Positions 8,083 to 17,325 are shown, counted from the first letter of the stretch. The stretch: DNA of 64,000 nucleotides from Paracoccaceae bacterium (GCA_031385445.1 JANNBM010000024.1:1616-65615); one strand, 5' to 3'. Numbers and translations are program-made. Notes: generated by a model from the sequence alone, not told the origin.

Positions 8083-9075
8083 TCACGCGGCGCGAATTTC
8101 GATCGCTGACAGATCCATTCCCGCGCCGCCGGTGATAATCGCCAAAGGCACCCCATCCAGCACCAAGGTGGCATCGCCGGTTTCCGCATCTTCTTCGAAA
8201 GTCACATCCGGGTTCGGGTGAACATTTGCATCATAAATCAGAACCAACCCGTCTTCGCCTTGGGTGAAATCGGAAATGACGGCAGGCGGCATGTCGGCGG
8301 TGTAATCGTGCAGAACAAAGATGTCTGCGCCGGCCTGCCCGGCGCCATAATCGCCGGCCCCAAGGTCAAGGATATCGTCGCCATCCTGTCCGTTCAGCGT
8401 GTCAGAGGCGTTGTCATCGCCGCCGTTGCCAGCATTGCCCGAAAGCTGATCATCGCCCGAACCGCCCGCAATATCGTCTGCCCCGCCGCCACCGTCCAGC
8501 ACGTCATTGCCGTCATCGCCGGTCAGCACATCGTTGCCGTCCTGTCCAAACAGAGTATCGTCGCCCGCGCCGCCGATGGCCATGTCGTCGCCCGCGCCGC
8601 CTTGCAACAGATCATTGCCCATTTGCCCGGCAAGCTGATCATCGCCGTTATCGCCCAAAAGGCTGTCGTCATCATCGCCGCCCGACATCGTGTCATTGTC
8701 GTCGCCGCCCGAAAGCTGATCCGCCCCCTCGTCGCCGAGCAAAACATCCGTTCCCGCGCCGCCAAACAGGCTGTCCTCGCCGCCATAGCCCTTTAACTCG
8801 TCGTCGCCGCCCATGCCTTCCAACTGGTCATCGGCGCTGCTTCCGGACAGAAAATCGACACCCTCGTCGCCCTTTTGCGCGCTGATCGCGGCTTCGTCCG
8901 ATCCGGGTGTGCCGCCTGGATCGAGGATCGAGGTCGAGGGATCACCGACAGGATCGGTTTCATCGGGGGAATCGGGTTCGTCCTGCGGCGTGTCCGCATC
9001 ATCATTCACACTCATCAGGGAATCGGCCAGAACACCGGCCAACAGCGCACCCAAAAAACCCAACAACCCTAACAC
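8083..9075 (-). CDS. calcium-binding RTX-repeat protein with N-terminal hydrophobic segment
   Basis: 330 aa with about 15 consecutive GGxGxDxLx-type nonapeptides (GGAGTDVLLGDEGADQLSGG...GGAGDDTLFGQDGNDVLTGDDGNDVLDGG). An acidic linker and an N-terminal MLGLLGFLGALLAGVLADSL segment precede them. Confidence 0.8.
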   Translation of the reverse strand: MLGLLGFLGALLAGVLADSLMSVNDDADTPQDEPDSPDETDPVGDPSTSILDPGGTPGSDEAAISAQKGDEGVDFLSGSSADDQLEGMGGDDELKGYGGEDSLFGGAGTDVLLGDEGADQLSGGDDNDTMSGGDDDDSLLGDNGDDQLAGQMGNDLLQGGAGDDMAIGGAGDDTLFGQDGNDVLTGDDGNDVLDGGGGADDIAGGSGDDQLSGNAGNGGDDNASDTLNGQDGDDILDLGAGDYGAGQAGADIFVLHDYTADMPPAVISDFTQGEDGLVLIYDANVHPNPDVTFEEDAETGDATLVLDGVPLAIITGGAGMDLSAIEIRAA

Positions 9076-9130
9076 GACCCGCCCCCTTGTCTGCTTCCCA
9101 CGGCTGCGCCGCCCATTTTGTTAACGATTG

Positions 9131-9138
9131 TTAACCAT
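9131..9138 (+). promoter_or_regulatory. CtrA-type half-site TTAACCAT
   Basis: Exact TTAACCAT 56-63 nt upstream of the RTX gene start. It is preceded by TTAAC 9121-9125, giving TTAA-N6-TTAAC, one nt short of the canonical N7. Confidence 0.3.
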
Positions 9139-9298
9139 GATTTCGCGCAAACCTATGTTAACATTCCATAATCACCTAGAACCATAGCAGAATTTCCCTT
9201 GCTCATCCATGATATTCGCGGAGAAAATTGAATCAGATTTGGACTTTGGTTAAGGACAAAACAACCAAAGGATGTATTTCGCGCTCAGGGCAGAACCG

Positions 9299-9341
9299 AC
9301 AGCAGCAGCGCGCCACAAAGCGCTTTCTTTTCTGCTGTTTT
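9299..9341 (+). terminator. orphan intrinsic-terminator-like hairpin (possible 3' end of a small RNA)
   Basis: Outer stem ACAGCAG (9299-9305) / CTGCTGT (9332-9338), inner stem AGCGC (9307-9311) / GCGCT (9320-9324), then a T run to 9341. No plus-strand gene lies upstream of it. Confidence 0.35.
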
Positions 9342-9443
9342 GCCCCTATACGCCCCCGATCCGCCGCCTTTGGCTGCGGTCAAGGGCCCTGCTGGACGAC
9401 ATCCCGGCCTGCGCCGTCACCCTAAACCCGCAAGGAGACACCG

Positions 9444-9713
9444 ATGTCGATCACTGTTGAAAACAAAGCCCGCCTGATCAAGGAATACGCGATCAAGGAA
9501 GGCGACACCGGCTCGCCGGAAGTTCAGGTTGCGATCCTGTCCAGCCGTATCGCGACCCTGACCGAGCATTTCAAGGGCCACAAGAAAGACAACCACTCGC
9601 GTCGTGGTCTTTTGATGATGGTCGCGCAGCGCCGCAAGCTGTTGGACTATGTGAAGTCCAAGGACGAAGCGCGCTATACCACGCTGATCACACGTCTGGG
9701 CCTGCGCCGCTAA
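9444..9713 (+). CDS. rpsO: 30S ribosomal protein S15
   Basis: 89 aa. [52 protein letters not shown] is unmistakably S15. AAGGAGA lies just upstream. Confidence 0.97.
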   Translation: MSITVENKARLIKEYAIKEGDTGSPEVQVAILSSRIATLTEHFKGHKKDNHSRRGLLMMVAQRRKLLDYVKSKDEARYTTLITRLGLRR

Positions 9714-9740
9714 TCCGGCCAAGGTGCAACGAACCCGAAC

Positions 9741-9773
9741 GCCCGTAGCGAAAGCTGCGGGCGTTTTGCTTTT
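9741..9773 (+). terminator. rho-independent terminator after rpsO
   Basis: 9-bp GC-rich stem GCCCGTAGC / GCTGCGGGC (one G-U pair) with a GAAA loop, followed by TTTTGCTTTT. Confidence 0.75.
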
Positions 9774-9816
9774 GCCGCCAAGCGCAGTACTCTTCCTTAA
9801 AACCGGAGGATTTGCG

Positions 9817-10515
9817 ATGACCGTTGACGAGGTGATGGCACGACTGAACGGCCTGTCAGACCCGGCGCTTTTGGCGCGGAATGTGAAAAACGGCGCGGGG
9901 TCGGTGCCGATGGGCGACATTCGGGCCCTGGCCAAGGCAACGAAGGCTGACCATGCGCTTGGGTTGCAATTGTGGGCCACGGGCAATGTCGATGCCCGTC
10001 TGGTGGCGCTGTTGGTGATGACGCCCAAGGCGCTGAATGCGGCACAGATCGAGGCGATGGTGCGCACCAACGACCGGCTTTGGGTGTCGGACTGGCTGAA
10101 TTCCTATATCCTGAAACAGCATCCCGCCAAAGAGGCGCTGCGGCAGAACTGGACGGCTGCGGCGCATCCGTTCCTCGCCCGCGCCTATTGGAGCCTGACG
10201 GCGGAGCGGGTCACCAAATCGCCCGAGGGGCTGGATCTGGGCGGCCTTCTGGACCGGCTGGAAGAACAGATGCCCGGCGCGCCCGAGGTGGTGCAATGGA
10301 CAATGAACAACACGCTTGCCGCCATCGGCATCACCCATGCAGCCCACCGGGAAAGGGCGCTGCGGATGGGTGAGACGATGGGAATTTACCGCGATTTTCC
10401 CACGCCAAAGGGCTGCACCTCGCCCTTTGCGCCGCTGTGGATTGGCGAGATGGTGAAAAGAGCGATGTTTATCGTGGCCAAGCAATCCACCGGTGATCCA
10501 TCGCAAAATTCGTAA
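9817..10515 (+). CDS. DNA alkylation repair protein (AlkD/AlkC-like HEAT-repeat family)
   Basis: 232 aa from ATG 9817 (GGAGGA upstream). Helical-repeat protein whose sequence (IRALAKATKADHALGLQLWATGNVDARLVALLV..) matches my memory of the PF08713 family. Not verified. Confidence 0.65.
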   Translation: MTVDEVMARLNGLSDPALLARNVKNGAGSVPMGDIRALAKATKADHALGLQLWATGNVDARLVALLVMTPKALNAAQIEAMVRTNDRLWVSDWLNSYILKQHPAKEALRQNWTAAAHPFLARAYWSLTAERVTKSPEGLDLGGLLDRLEEQMPGAPEVVQWTMNNTLAAIGITHAAHRERALRMGETMGIYRDFPTPKGCTSPFAPLWIGEMVKRAMFIVAKQSTGDPSQNS

Positions 10516-10584
10516 ATCCCTTCCCCGCGCGTCGTCGTTGCTTGGCAAGGCGGCAAGCTCTTGTCGGCCCAAGGCGCGCCGGAC

Positions 10585-10845
10585 CTACCATTTCGCCGCC
10601 TCTTTTTCGGCCGCCCTTGCCAGATAATCGCTGGCGCACAGATTCATCGGAAGATAAAGCGCGCCTTCCACGTCATGGGGAATCAAGCCGATATCACGCA
10701 AGTTCGCATCGGACATGCGGCCATAGCTGCGGCGGATACGCCGGCGGCTGATCGCCTCGTCAAGCAGCAAGAGCGCCGGGGCAAAGGGTTTAAGGAGCGG
10801 GATCAGGATGGAAAAGGCAGATTTTGCGGCAGGATGGTTCAACAT
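10585..10845 (-). CDS. DUF1127 domain small protein
   Basis: 86 aa from ATG 10845 (AAAGGTGA upstream). Contains RMSDANLRDIGLIPHDV, the DUF1127 signature. Confidence 0.7.
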   Translation of the reverse strand: MLNHPAAKSAFSILIPLLKPFAPALLLLDEAISRRRIRRSYGRMSDANLRDIGLIPHDVEGALYLPMNLCASDYLARAAEKEAAKW

Positions 10846-10997
10846 GACGTCACCTTTAGTTGTATGGTTTCCTGTCATCCACCCTGGGGCCCTCTCCCGA
10901 TTTCGGCCAGTTCTGGAAAGGGATCAAATCGCTACGCTTTTCGTACTAGCCTCCCGCCGCACTGTCGCCCTAATCTGCCCCGGATGGAGGACCCGCC

Positions 10998-11708
10998 ATG
11001 CCCACCAAGCCCTATGGTTCGATTTGCGCCCTGTCGAAAGCCTGCGACGCGCTGGAGCCGCGCTGGACTCTTTTGATCTTGAACCAGATGTGGGCGGGCT
11101 ATTCCCGTTTCAGCGACCTGCGCCGCGCCGTCGGAAACATCTCGCCCGGCGTCTTGTCCAAACGCCTGACCGAAATGGAGCGGCTCGGCCTGATCGAACG
11201 GGTTGAAGACCGCGCCAAAGGGACGGTGGATTACGTTCGCACCCAGATGGCGATTGAATTGGAACCGGCGATGGATGCGCTTTCGATCTGGGCACAACGC
11301 AACATCGAGGCCGAAGTGGCACTGGCGGACGCCAACCTGGCTTTGCTGATGGGGTACATTGGCAAACACCTCGTGACCGAGGCACTTCCCCAACGCCAAG
11401 TCGTGATGCGCTTCAATTTCTCCGACGAACCTGGACCCCACAAAACTTGGTTTTTTCTGGTGCAGCCTGGCGCGCCTTGCGATGTCTGCGTCAGCTTGCC
11501 CGATGTCGACATCGACCTTTATCTTGAACTGACCAAGATTTCCCTTCATGCCGTCTGCTCGGGCCGCTCGACCGTGCCGCGCGAAATCGAGGTGGGGCGC
11601 TTGTTCGTCACAGGCGACCCGCTCTTGAAACGCTCCATGACGCAATGGTTGCCCCGGTCCTACTATGCAGACGTCGAGGGAATTCGCATGTTGCCCGTCG
11701 CTGAGTAG
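10998..11708 (+). CDS. HxlR-type winged-helix regulator with a C-terminal SCP2-like extension
   Basis: 236 aa with GGAGG 7 nt upstream. The N-terminal half (CALSKACDALEPRWTLLILNQMWAGYSRFSDLRRAVGNISPGVLSKRLTEMERLGLIERV) is classic HxlR. About 120 extra C-terminal residues (..GRLFVTGDPLLKRSMTQWL) look SCP2/sterol-carrier-like. Confidence 0.75.
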   Translation: MPTKPYGSICALSKACDALEPRWTLLILNQMWAGYSRFSDLRRAVGNISPGVLSKRLTEMERLGLIERVEDRAKGTVDYVRTQMAIELEPAMDALSIWAQRNIEAEVALADANLALLMGYIGKHLVTEALPQRQVVMRFNFSDEPGPHKTWFFLVQPGAPCDVCVSLPDVDIDLYLELTKISLHAVCSGRSTVPREIEVGRLFVTGDPLLKRSMTQWLPRSYYADVEGIRMLPVAE

Positions 11709-11881
11709 ATCAGCGCACGCGCCCCTTCCCAAACCCCGCCTTTTGCTGTATGCGCCCGCAATCTGCGACGTGAGGCCAGCCCCCGGCCCATGCAAAGGAT
11801 GGGGGGCGGCGGCAATTCGGCCGCTTTTGCAAACGGGAGACGCGGCAGGGGCCGTGGATGCTCTCTTATAGGGAACGATCA

Positions 11882-14020
11882 ATGTTCAACGTGACGAAAA
11901 AATCAATCCAGTGGGGGCGCGAGACGCTGACACTGGAAACGGGCAAGATTGCCCGTCAGGCCGATGGTTCGGTTGTGGCGACCTTGGGGGAAACCTCGGT
12001 AATGGCCAACGTGACCTTCGCCAAAAAGCCCAAAGCCGGTCAGGACTTCTTTCCGCTGACCGTGCATTATCAGGAAAAATACTATGCCGCGGGCAAGATC
12101 CCCGGCGGCTTTTTTAAGCGTGAGGCGCGTCCTTCGGAGAAGGAAACGCTGGTCTCTCGTTTGATCGACCGTCCGTGCCGCCCGCTGTTCGTGGACGGAT
12201 TCAAGCATGAAGTGCTGGTCATGGCGACCGTGCTGTCCTGCGATCTGGTGAACGATCCCGATATCGTCGCGATGATCGCGGTTTCCGCCGCGCTGACGAT
12301 TTCCGGCGTGCCGTTCATGGGCCCGATCGGCGCTGCGCGCGTTGGTTTTGTGGCGGGCGACTATGTTCTGAACCCTGAGATGGACGACATGACGCAGCTG
12401 CGTCTGAAGCCGGATCAGCGGCTTGATCTGGTTATCGCGGGCACCAAAGACGCCGTGATGATGGTCGAATCCGAAGCTTATGAGCTGACCGAAGAGGAAA
12501 TGCTGGGCGCGGTCAAGTTTGGCCATGCGGCCATGCAGCCGGTGATCGACATGATCATCGATTTCGCCGAGCACTCGGCAAAAGAGCCGTTCGACTATGC
12601 CCCGCCGGATTATTCGGCGCTTTATGCCAAGGTGAAAACCGCGGGCGAAGTGCAGATGCGCGCGGCGTTTGCCCTGCGTGACAAGCAAGAGCGGACCACT
12701 GCGATCTCGGCGGCTTCGGCAGCCATCGTGGCGGCGCTTTCGGACGACGAAAAGGCCGACGCAAACCTTGGATCAGCGATCAAGAAGCTGGAATCCTCGA
12801 TTTTGCGCGGCGACATCATCAACGGTGGCGCGCGGATTGACGGGCGCGACAACAAGACCGTCCGCCCGATCCTGGCCGAAACCGGCATCCTGCCGCGCGC
12901 TCATGGTTCGGCTTTGTTCACCCGCGGCGAAACGCAGGGCCTTGTGGTGACCACCCTTGGCACCGGCGAGGATGAGCAGATCATCGACGCGCTGAACGGC
13001 AATCACCGGTCAAACTTCATGCTGCACTATAACTTCCCCCCCTATTCGGTGGGCGAAGTTGGCCGCGTCAGCGGGCCGGGACGCCGCGAAATTGGTCATG
13101 GAAAACTGGCATGGCGCGCTTTGCAGGCGGTTCTGCCTGCGGCGACCGATTTCCCGTATACCGTGCGCGTGGTGTCGGAAATCACTGAAAGCAACGGCTC
13201 GTCCTCGATGGCGTCGGTTTGCGGCGGATCGCTGGCGATGATGGATGCGGGCGTTCCGCTGAAGGCTCCGGTGGCGGGCGTTGCCATGGGTCTGATCCTG
13301 GAGGACGACGGACGCTGGGCGGTTCTGACCGATATTCTTGGCGACGAGGATCACCTCGGCGACATGGATTTCAAGGTGGCCGGCACCCAAGCGGGCATCA
13401 CCACGATGCAGATGGACATCAAGGTTGCAGGCATCACGCCGGAAATCATGGCGCAGGCTTTGGCGCAGGCCAAGGACGGCCGCATGCACATCCTGTCGGA
13501 AATGAACAAGGCGCTTTCCGCGCCTCAGGGCTTCTCGGAATACGCACCGAAAATTGAAACCCTGCAGATCCCGACGGACAAAATCCGCGAGGTTATCGGC
13601 TCTGGCGGCAAGGTGATCCGCGAGATCGTGGAGCTTTCGGGCGCCAAGGTCGACATCAACGACGAAGGCATCATCAAGATCGCTTCGTCCTCGGCAGAGA
13701 ACATCAAGAAGGCCTATGACATGATCTGGTCGATCGTGGCAGAGCCGGAAATTGGCCAGATCTACACCGGTAAAGTGGTGAAACTGGTCGATTTCGGGGC
13801 TTTCGTGAACTTCTTTGGCAAGCGCGATGGTCTGGTGCATGTGTCCCAGATCGCGGGCAAGCGTCTGAACCACCCGAACGAGTATCTGAAGGAAGGCCAG
13901 GACGTGAAGGTCAAACTTCTGGGCTTTGACGAGCGCGGCAAGGTGCGGCTTGGCATGAAGATGGTCGATCAGGAAACCGGCGCCGAGATCGTTGAAAGCA
14001 AAGCCGACGCCGAGGCGTAA
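11882..14020 (+). CDS. pnp: polyribonucleotide nucleotidyltransferase (PNPase)
   Basis: 712 aa from ATG 11882. Two RNase PH domains ([11 protein letters not shown]), then KH and S1 domains ([21 protein letters not shown]). Confidence 0.97.
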   Translation: MFNVTKKSIQWGRETLTLETGKIARQADGSVVATLGETSVMANVTFAKKPKAGQDFFPLTVHYQEKYYAAGKIPGGFFKREARPSEKETLVSRLIDRPCRPLFVDGFKHEVLVMATVLSCDLVNDPDIVAMIAVSAALTISGVPFMGPIGAARVGFVAGDYVLNPEMDDMTQLRLKPDQRLDLVIAGTKDAVMMVESEAYELTEEEMLGAVKFGHAAMQPVIDMIIDFAEHSAKEPFDYAPPDYSALYAKVKTAGEVQMRAAFALRDKQERTTAISAASAAIVAALSDDEKADANLGSAIKKLESSILRGDIINGGARIDGRDNKTVRPILAETGILPRAHGSALFTRGETQGLVVTTLGTGEDEQIIDALNGNHRSNFMLHYNFPPYSVGEVGRVSGPGRREIGHGKLAWRALQAVLPAATDFPYTVRVVSEITESNGSSSMASVCGGSLAMMDAGVPLKAPVAGVAMGLILEDDGRWAVLTDILGDEDHLGDMDFKVAGTQAGITTMQMDIKVAGITPEIMAQALAQAKDGRMHILSEMNKALSAPQGFSEYAPKIETLQIPTDKIREVIGSGGKVIREIVELSGAKVDINDEGIIKIASSSAENIKKAYDMIWSIVAEPEIGQIYTGKVVKLVDFGAFVNFFGKRDGLVHVSQIAGKRLNHPNEYLKEGQDVKVKLLGFDERGKVRLGMKMVDQETGAEIVESKADAEA

Positions 14021-14030
14021 CTTCAAGACC

Positions 14031-14065
14031 AATTGGGCCCCGGATTTCGGGGCCCAATTCTTTTG
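14031..14065 (+). terminator. rho-independent terminator after pnp
   Basis: Perfect 12-bp stem AATTGGGCCCCG / CGGGGCCCAATT with a 5-nt loop, then CTTTTG. Confidence 0.8.
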
Positions 14066-14079
14066 CTGAAAGCTCAAAG

Positions 14080-14886
14080 ATGCCTGTCAGTTCTGCTTTG
14101 TCTCATCCAAGTGGCACGGTGACGGTGGTTTGTATGAAATGGGGCACGATGTATGGCCCTGAATATGTGAACCGACTTTGCCGGGGCGTCGCGCGTCACC
14201 TCACATTTCCGCATCGATTCGTCTGTTTTACTGATGACACCTCGGGGCTTGATGCCGGGGTCGAGGTGCGCCCGATTCCTGTGGTGCATCTGTCCAGCGG
14301 ACAACAGGATATGCGCTGGCGGAAACTTGGATTGTTCGCCGCACCTTTGGCCGATATCGAAGGTCCGACCCTTTTTCTGGACCTGGATCAGGTGATTGTC
14401 GGCAGCTTGGATTGCTTTTTCACCTATCCGGGTGCCGTGCCGATCATCCGCGATATCGACCTGTTTCGTCCCAATCACCTAAGGCGCATATTCCGCCCCG
14501 CACGACAGGCTTTTCTGGAAAACGTTGGCAACAGCTCTGTCTTTCGCTTTACGGCCGGCGCGCACGAACATGTGCTGACGCGTTTTGTGGAAGACCCCAA
14601 GAAGGCCATGGCGGATTTCCGCATTTCGCAGCAGTTTCAAAGCGACGCCTTGTCGAAGGCCGATGAACTTGTCTTCTGGCCAAAGGAATGGTGCGTGAGC
14701 TTCAAGAATGGCTGTGTGCCGCGCGGGTTGAAAAGCTATCTGCGCGATCCGAAGTTGCCAGCCGAAGCCAGGATCATCGTCTTCGCCGGTTCTCCGAAAA
14801 TGAGCGAGGTTCTGGCCGGAGGCGGGCAAAAGTGGTATCGGCGGATTGGCAATCTGGAGTGGGTGAAAGAGGCGTGGAATGGGTAA
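14080..14886 (+). CDS. putative GT-A-fold glycosyltransferase (uncharacterised family; paralogue of 17360-18250)
   Basis: 268 aa. Conserved N-terminus VVCMKWGTMYGPEYVNRLCRGVARHL..HRFVCFTDD and a DxD-like FLDLD. Clearly homologous to the 17360-18250 product. The family name is not known to me. Confidence 0.55.
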   Translation: MPVSSALSHPSGTVTVVCMKWGTMYGPEYVNRLCRGVARHLTFPHRFVCFTDDTSGLDAGVEVRPIPVVHLSSGQQDMRWRKLGLFAAPLADIEGPTLFLDLDQVIVGSLDCFFTYPGAVPIIRDIDLFRPNHLRRIFRPARQAFLENVGNSSVFRFTAGAHEHVLTRFVEDPKKAMADFRISQQFQSDALSKADELVFWPKEWCVSFKNGCVPRGLKSYLRDPKLPAEARIIVFAGSPKMSEVLAGGGQKWYRRIGNLEWVKEAWNG

Positions 14887-15730
14887 GGCAAAAAGGGCGG
14901 TTCCCGAATTTGACGATGTGGCCCCTTGGGGGACATATCGGCTGAACCCGGCCATGGGCGCGGCGCTTCGTTTCGGCCAAAGCCTTCCGCGAATTTTGGC
15001 GCCGCTCACCAAAGTCTTGCGGCATCCGGTTAAGTATTGGGTTTCAAAGCCGCTCGATCTGGTGATCTGGGGGCTGAAATTGCGCCTGTCCCCGCGCGGA
15101 AACATTTCCGAACAAAAGCTTTATACGGCGCCGGGAAACTTTGATCGGCCCGAACTGCAAGCCATGCAGCGGGTGCTGGAAAACGGCGGCACTTTTGTGG
15201 ATATCGGTGCAAATGCCGGCGTTTACAGTTTTTGGGCCCATGCCTGTTCCAAGGGCAAGGTGCGCGTGTTGGGGTTTGAACCCGATCCCGAAATGTGCCG
15301 GCGGCTTGCGTTCAATCTGAAGACTAACGCCATGAACACAGTCACGATCCTGCCCTGCGCGTTGTCTGACACAGAAGGGTCCGCGACCTTCTGGGTGAAC
15401 GATGGCCAGCGTGGCACCAACTCGTTGGAGGCCCCAATCGGCCCAGCAGCGGCAAAGCGCCGCACGATAGAGGTGCCGATTCGCACCTTGTCGAAGGTGC
15501 TGATCGAACAGGGCATCACGGGCATCGATGTGCTTAAGATCGACGTCGAGGGCCACGAGCCGCCCATCTTGCGGCACTTCTTTGCCAACGCCCCGCGGGA
15601 AAGCTGGCCCCGCCTTTTGATCGGGGAGATTTTGCATCTTCCGGCCGCAGAACTGGCGGTTCTGGTGCCGCAAGATGCATATGAACTGATCGGCCAAACG
15701 AACCTGAATGCGATCTGGCAGCGGCGTTAA
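14879..15730 (+). CDS. FkbM family methyltransferase
   Basis: 283 aa. FVDIGANAGVYSFWA and IDVLKIDVEGHEPPIL are the FkbM-domain signatures. It overlaps the upstream stop by 8 nt. Confidence 0.75.
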   Translation: MGKAKRAVPEFDDVAPWGTYRLNPAMGAALRFGQSLPRILAPLTKVLRHPVKYWVSKPLDLVIWGLKLRLSPRGNISEQKLYTAPGNFDRPELQAMQRVLENGGTFVDIGANAGVYSFWAHACSKGKVRVLGFEPDPEMCRRLAFNLKTNAMNTVTILPCALSDTEGSATFWVNDGQRGTNSLEAPIGPAAAKRRTIEVPIRTLSKVLIEQGITGIDVLKIDVEGHEPPILRHFFANAPRESWPRLLIGEILHLPAAELAVLVPQDAYELIGQTNLNAIWQRR

Positions 15731-16557
15731 TCGAGCGTCGGCCTTACGATGCCGTGCGCCGTGGCCGCCATTCCTCTGGCCTTTGTCTCTGCCCGGATTG
15801 CCCGGTTGCGCGCGCGAATTTCGGGCCGGTCATAGCCGCGCGGATGGTCCAGATGCAGCAACGGCGTGGTAAACCGCACATGGCGGCCTTTGGTCCCTGC
15901 CATCTTCATCCGAACGCCGATATCCTTGTCCTGCCCGCCGTATTTTATCCTTTCATCATAGCCATTTACGGCCAAGATATCGTCCCTGAAAGCCGAGGAG
16001 TTGGCGCCGCAAAAGGATCGTTTGATCGGATAGATCCGTTCAATAATATTCAGGATCCAAGTTGGCAGAGGGGCCGATTTAAGCCAGTCCGTCGTGGATT
16101 GAAACGCCCGATTGGCGCGCAGCCAGTTGGCCGCAAAGATCGCCTTCGAACGGATCAGATCGGGCGTCACCTGCGCCGAAGCTGCTGCATCCAGCCGGAT
16201 CAGACTTCCCGTCAAAAACTGACCGCGCTTTGCAAGCCTGATGTGCCGGCGCACAAAGCCGGGGTTGATCAGAACATCACCGTCAATAAACACAAGCAAC
16301 TCAGCTTTGGACGAGGCGATCGACTGGTTCAGAATCGCACCCTTTTCAAAGCCGTTGTCAGGGTGCCACACATGGCGCACGGGCACCTTTGAGCGGCGGG
16401 AAAAAGCTTCGATGACGGCGCGGGTTTCGGGGCCCGACCCATCATCGGCGATGCAAATGCTGCTAAGCGCGGCGTCTTGTGTGCCAACAGAAACCAAGCA
16501 CAGTTCCAACGATCGGACATTGTTGAACGTCGAAAGGATCAGCTCAACTTTCAGCAT
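15727..16557 (-). CDS. glycosyltransferase family 2
   Basis: 276 aa. ILSTFNNVRSLELCLVSV..ICIADDGSGPET and FIDGDVL (DxD). GC is visibly lower than its surroundings in spot-checked lines. Confidence 0.8.
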   Translation of the reverse strand: MLKVELILSTFNNVRSLELCLVSVGTQDAALSSICIADDGSGPETRAVIEAFSRRSKVPVRHVWHPDNGFEKGAILNQSIASSKAELLVFIDGDVLINPGFVRRHIRLAKRGQFLTGSLIRLDAAASAQVTPDLIRSKAIFAANWLRANRAFQSTTDWLKSAPLPTWILNIIERIYPIKRSFCGANSSAFRDDILAVNGYDERIKYGGQDKDIGVRMKMAGTKGRHVRFTTPLLHLDHPRGYDRPEIRARNRAIRAETKARGMAATAHGIVRPTLD

Positions 16558-16566
16558 GAACCTGCC

Positions 16567-17223
16567 CTACACCGGCCGCTTGGCAAAGCGCAGATAGGGC
16601 AGTTTGATGTCCAGCGCGCCAAAACGCGCCGTGGCATCTTCGGTGGAAACCGACAGCGCCACGATCACATCCTGCCCCGGAACCCAGTTGGCGGGCGTGG
16701 CAAAGGGCACACCGTCGGTGGCCTGCACCGCGTCCAGCGCGCGCAGAATCTCGGCAAAGTTGCGGCCCACTGACATGGGATACGTCATGGTCAGGCGCAC
16801 CTTTTTGTCCGGCCCGATGATATAAACCGTGCGCACCGTGGCGGTGTTGGCGGGGGTGCGGCCCTCTTGCGGCAGGTAATATTCGGCAGGAAGCATGTCA
16901 TAGGCCTTGGCCACGATCAGCGAGGTATCGTCGATGATCGGGAAATCGGCCGGCTTGCCCGCGAAAGCTTCGATGTCGCGCTTCCATTTGGCGTGGTCTT
17001 CGATGTTGTCCACCGACACACCGATCACTTTGGTATTCCGCTTGGCCCATTCCGGCGCCAGCTGCGCCACGGCGCCAAATTCGGTGGTGCAGACCGGCGT
17101 GAAATCGCGTGGGTGCGAAAAGATGATGGCATAAGACCCCGCCAACCAGTCGTGAAAGCGGATCTCGCCTGCGGTCGACTGGGCGGTGAAGTCGGGGGCG
17201 ATGTCATTGATGCGGATCGACAT
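16567..17223 (-). CDS. peroxiredoxin (1-Cys / Prx6-like)
   Basis: 218 aa from ATG 17223 (GAGG upstream). APDFTAQSTAGEIRFHDWL..IIFSHPRDFTPVCTTEF carries the peroxidatic Cys. Confidence 0.9.
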   Translation of the reverse strand: MSIRINDIAPDFTAQSTAGEIRFHDWLAGSYAIIFSHPRDFTPVCTTEFGAVAQLAPEWAKRNTKVIGVSVDNIEDHAKWKRDIEAFAGKPADFPIIDDTSLIVAKAYDMLPAEYYLPQEGRTPANTATVRTVYIIGPDKKVRLTMTYPMSVGRNFAEILRALDAVQATDGVPFATPANWVPGQDVIVALSVSTEDATARFGALDIKLPYLRFAKRPV

Positions 17224-17303
17224 GGGAAGCCTCATTTTTGGGTGATTGCGTTAAATATACGGGTAACCAGACGGAAATTCTACATCGCTGGCAGGTCTGG
17301 CAC

Positions 17304-17325
17304 AAAAAACGGATATTATTCCGTT
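17304..17325 (-). terminator. rho-independent terminator after the 17360-18250 gene
   Basis: The minus strand reads AACGGA-ATAATA-TCCGTT followed by TTTTTT. It begins 35 nt past the stop codon. Confidence 0.6.

Noticed and set aside
9228-9425. 65-codon ORF in the RTX-rpsO intergenic region.
   Set aside because: It has no Shine-Dalgarno and an Arg/Cys/Gln-rich implausible composition, and it runs through a terminator hairpin. It is more likely non-coding.
11807-11830. Short hairpin GCGGC-AATTCG-GCCGC followed by TTTT in the pnp leader, as an attenuator or the HxlR-gene terminator.
   Set aside because: The stem is only 5 bp. It cannot be distinguished from chance without folding energies or conservation, so it is not listed as a feature.
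15727-15730. Convergent genes sharing the palindrome TTAA as both stop codons. Other 3'-end overlaps are 6138-6160 and 58375-58390.
   Set aside because: Short convergent overlaps are common in compact high-GC genomes. There is no evidence for a regulatory role.
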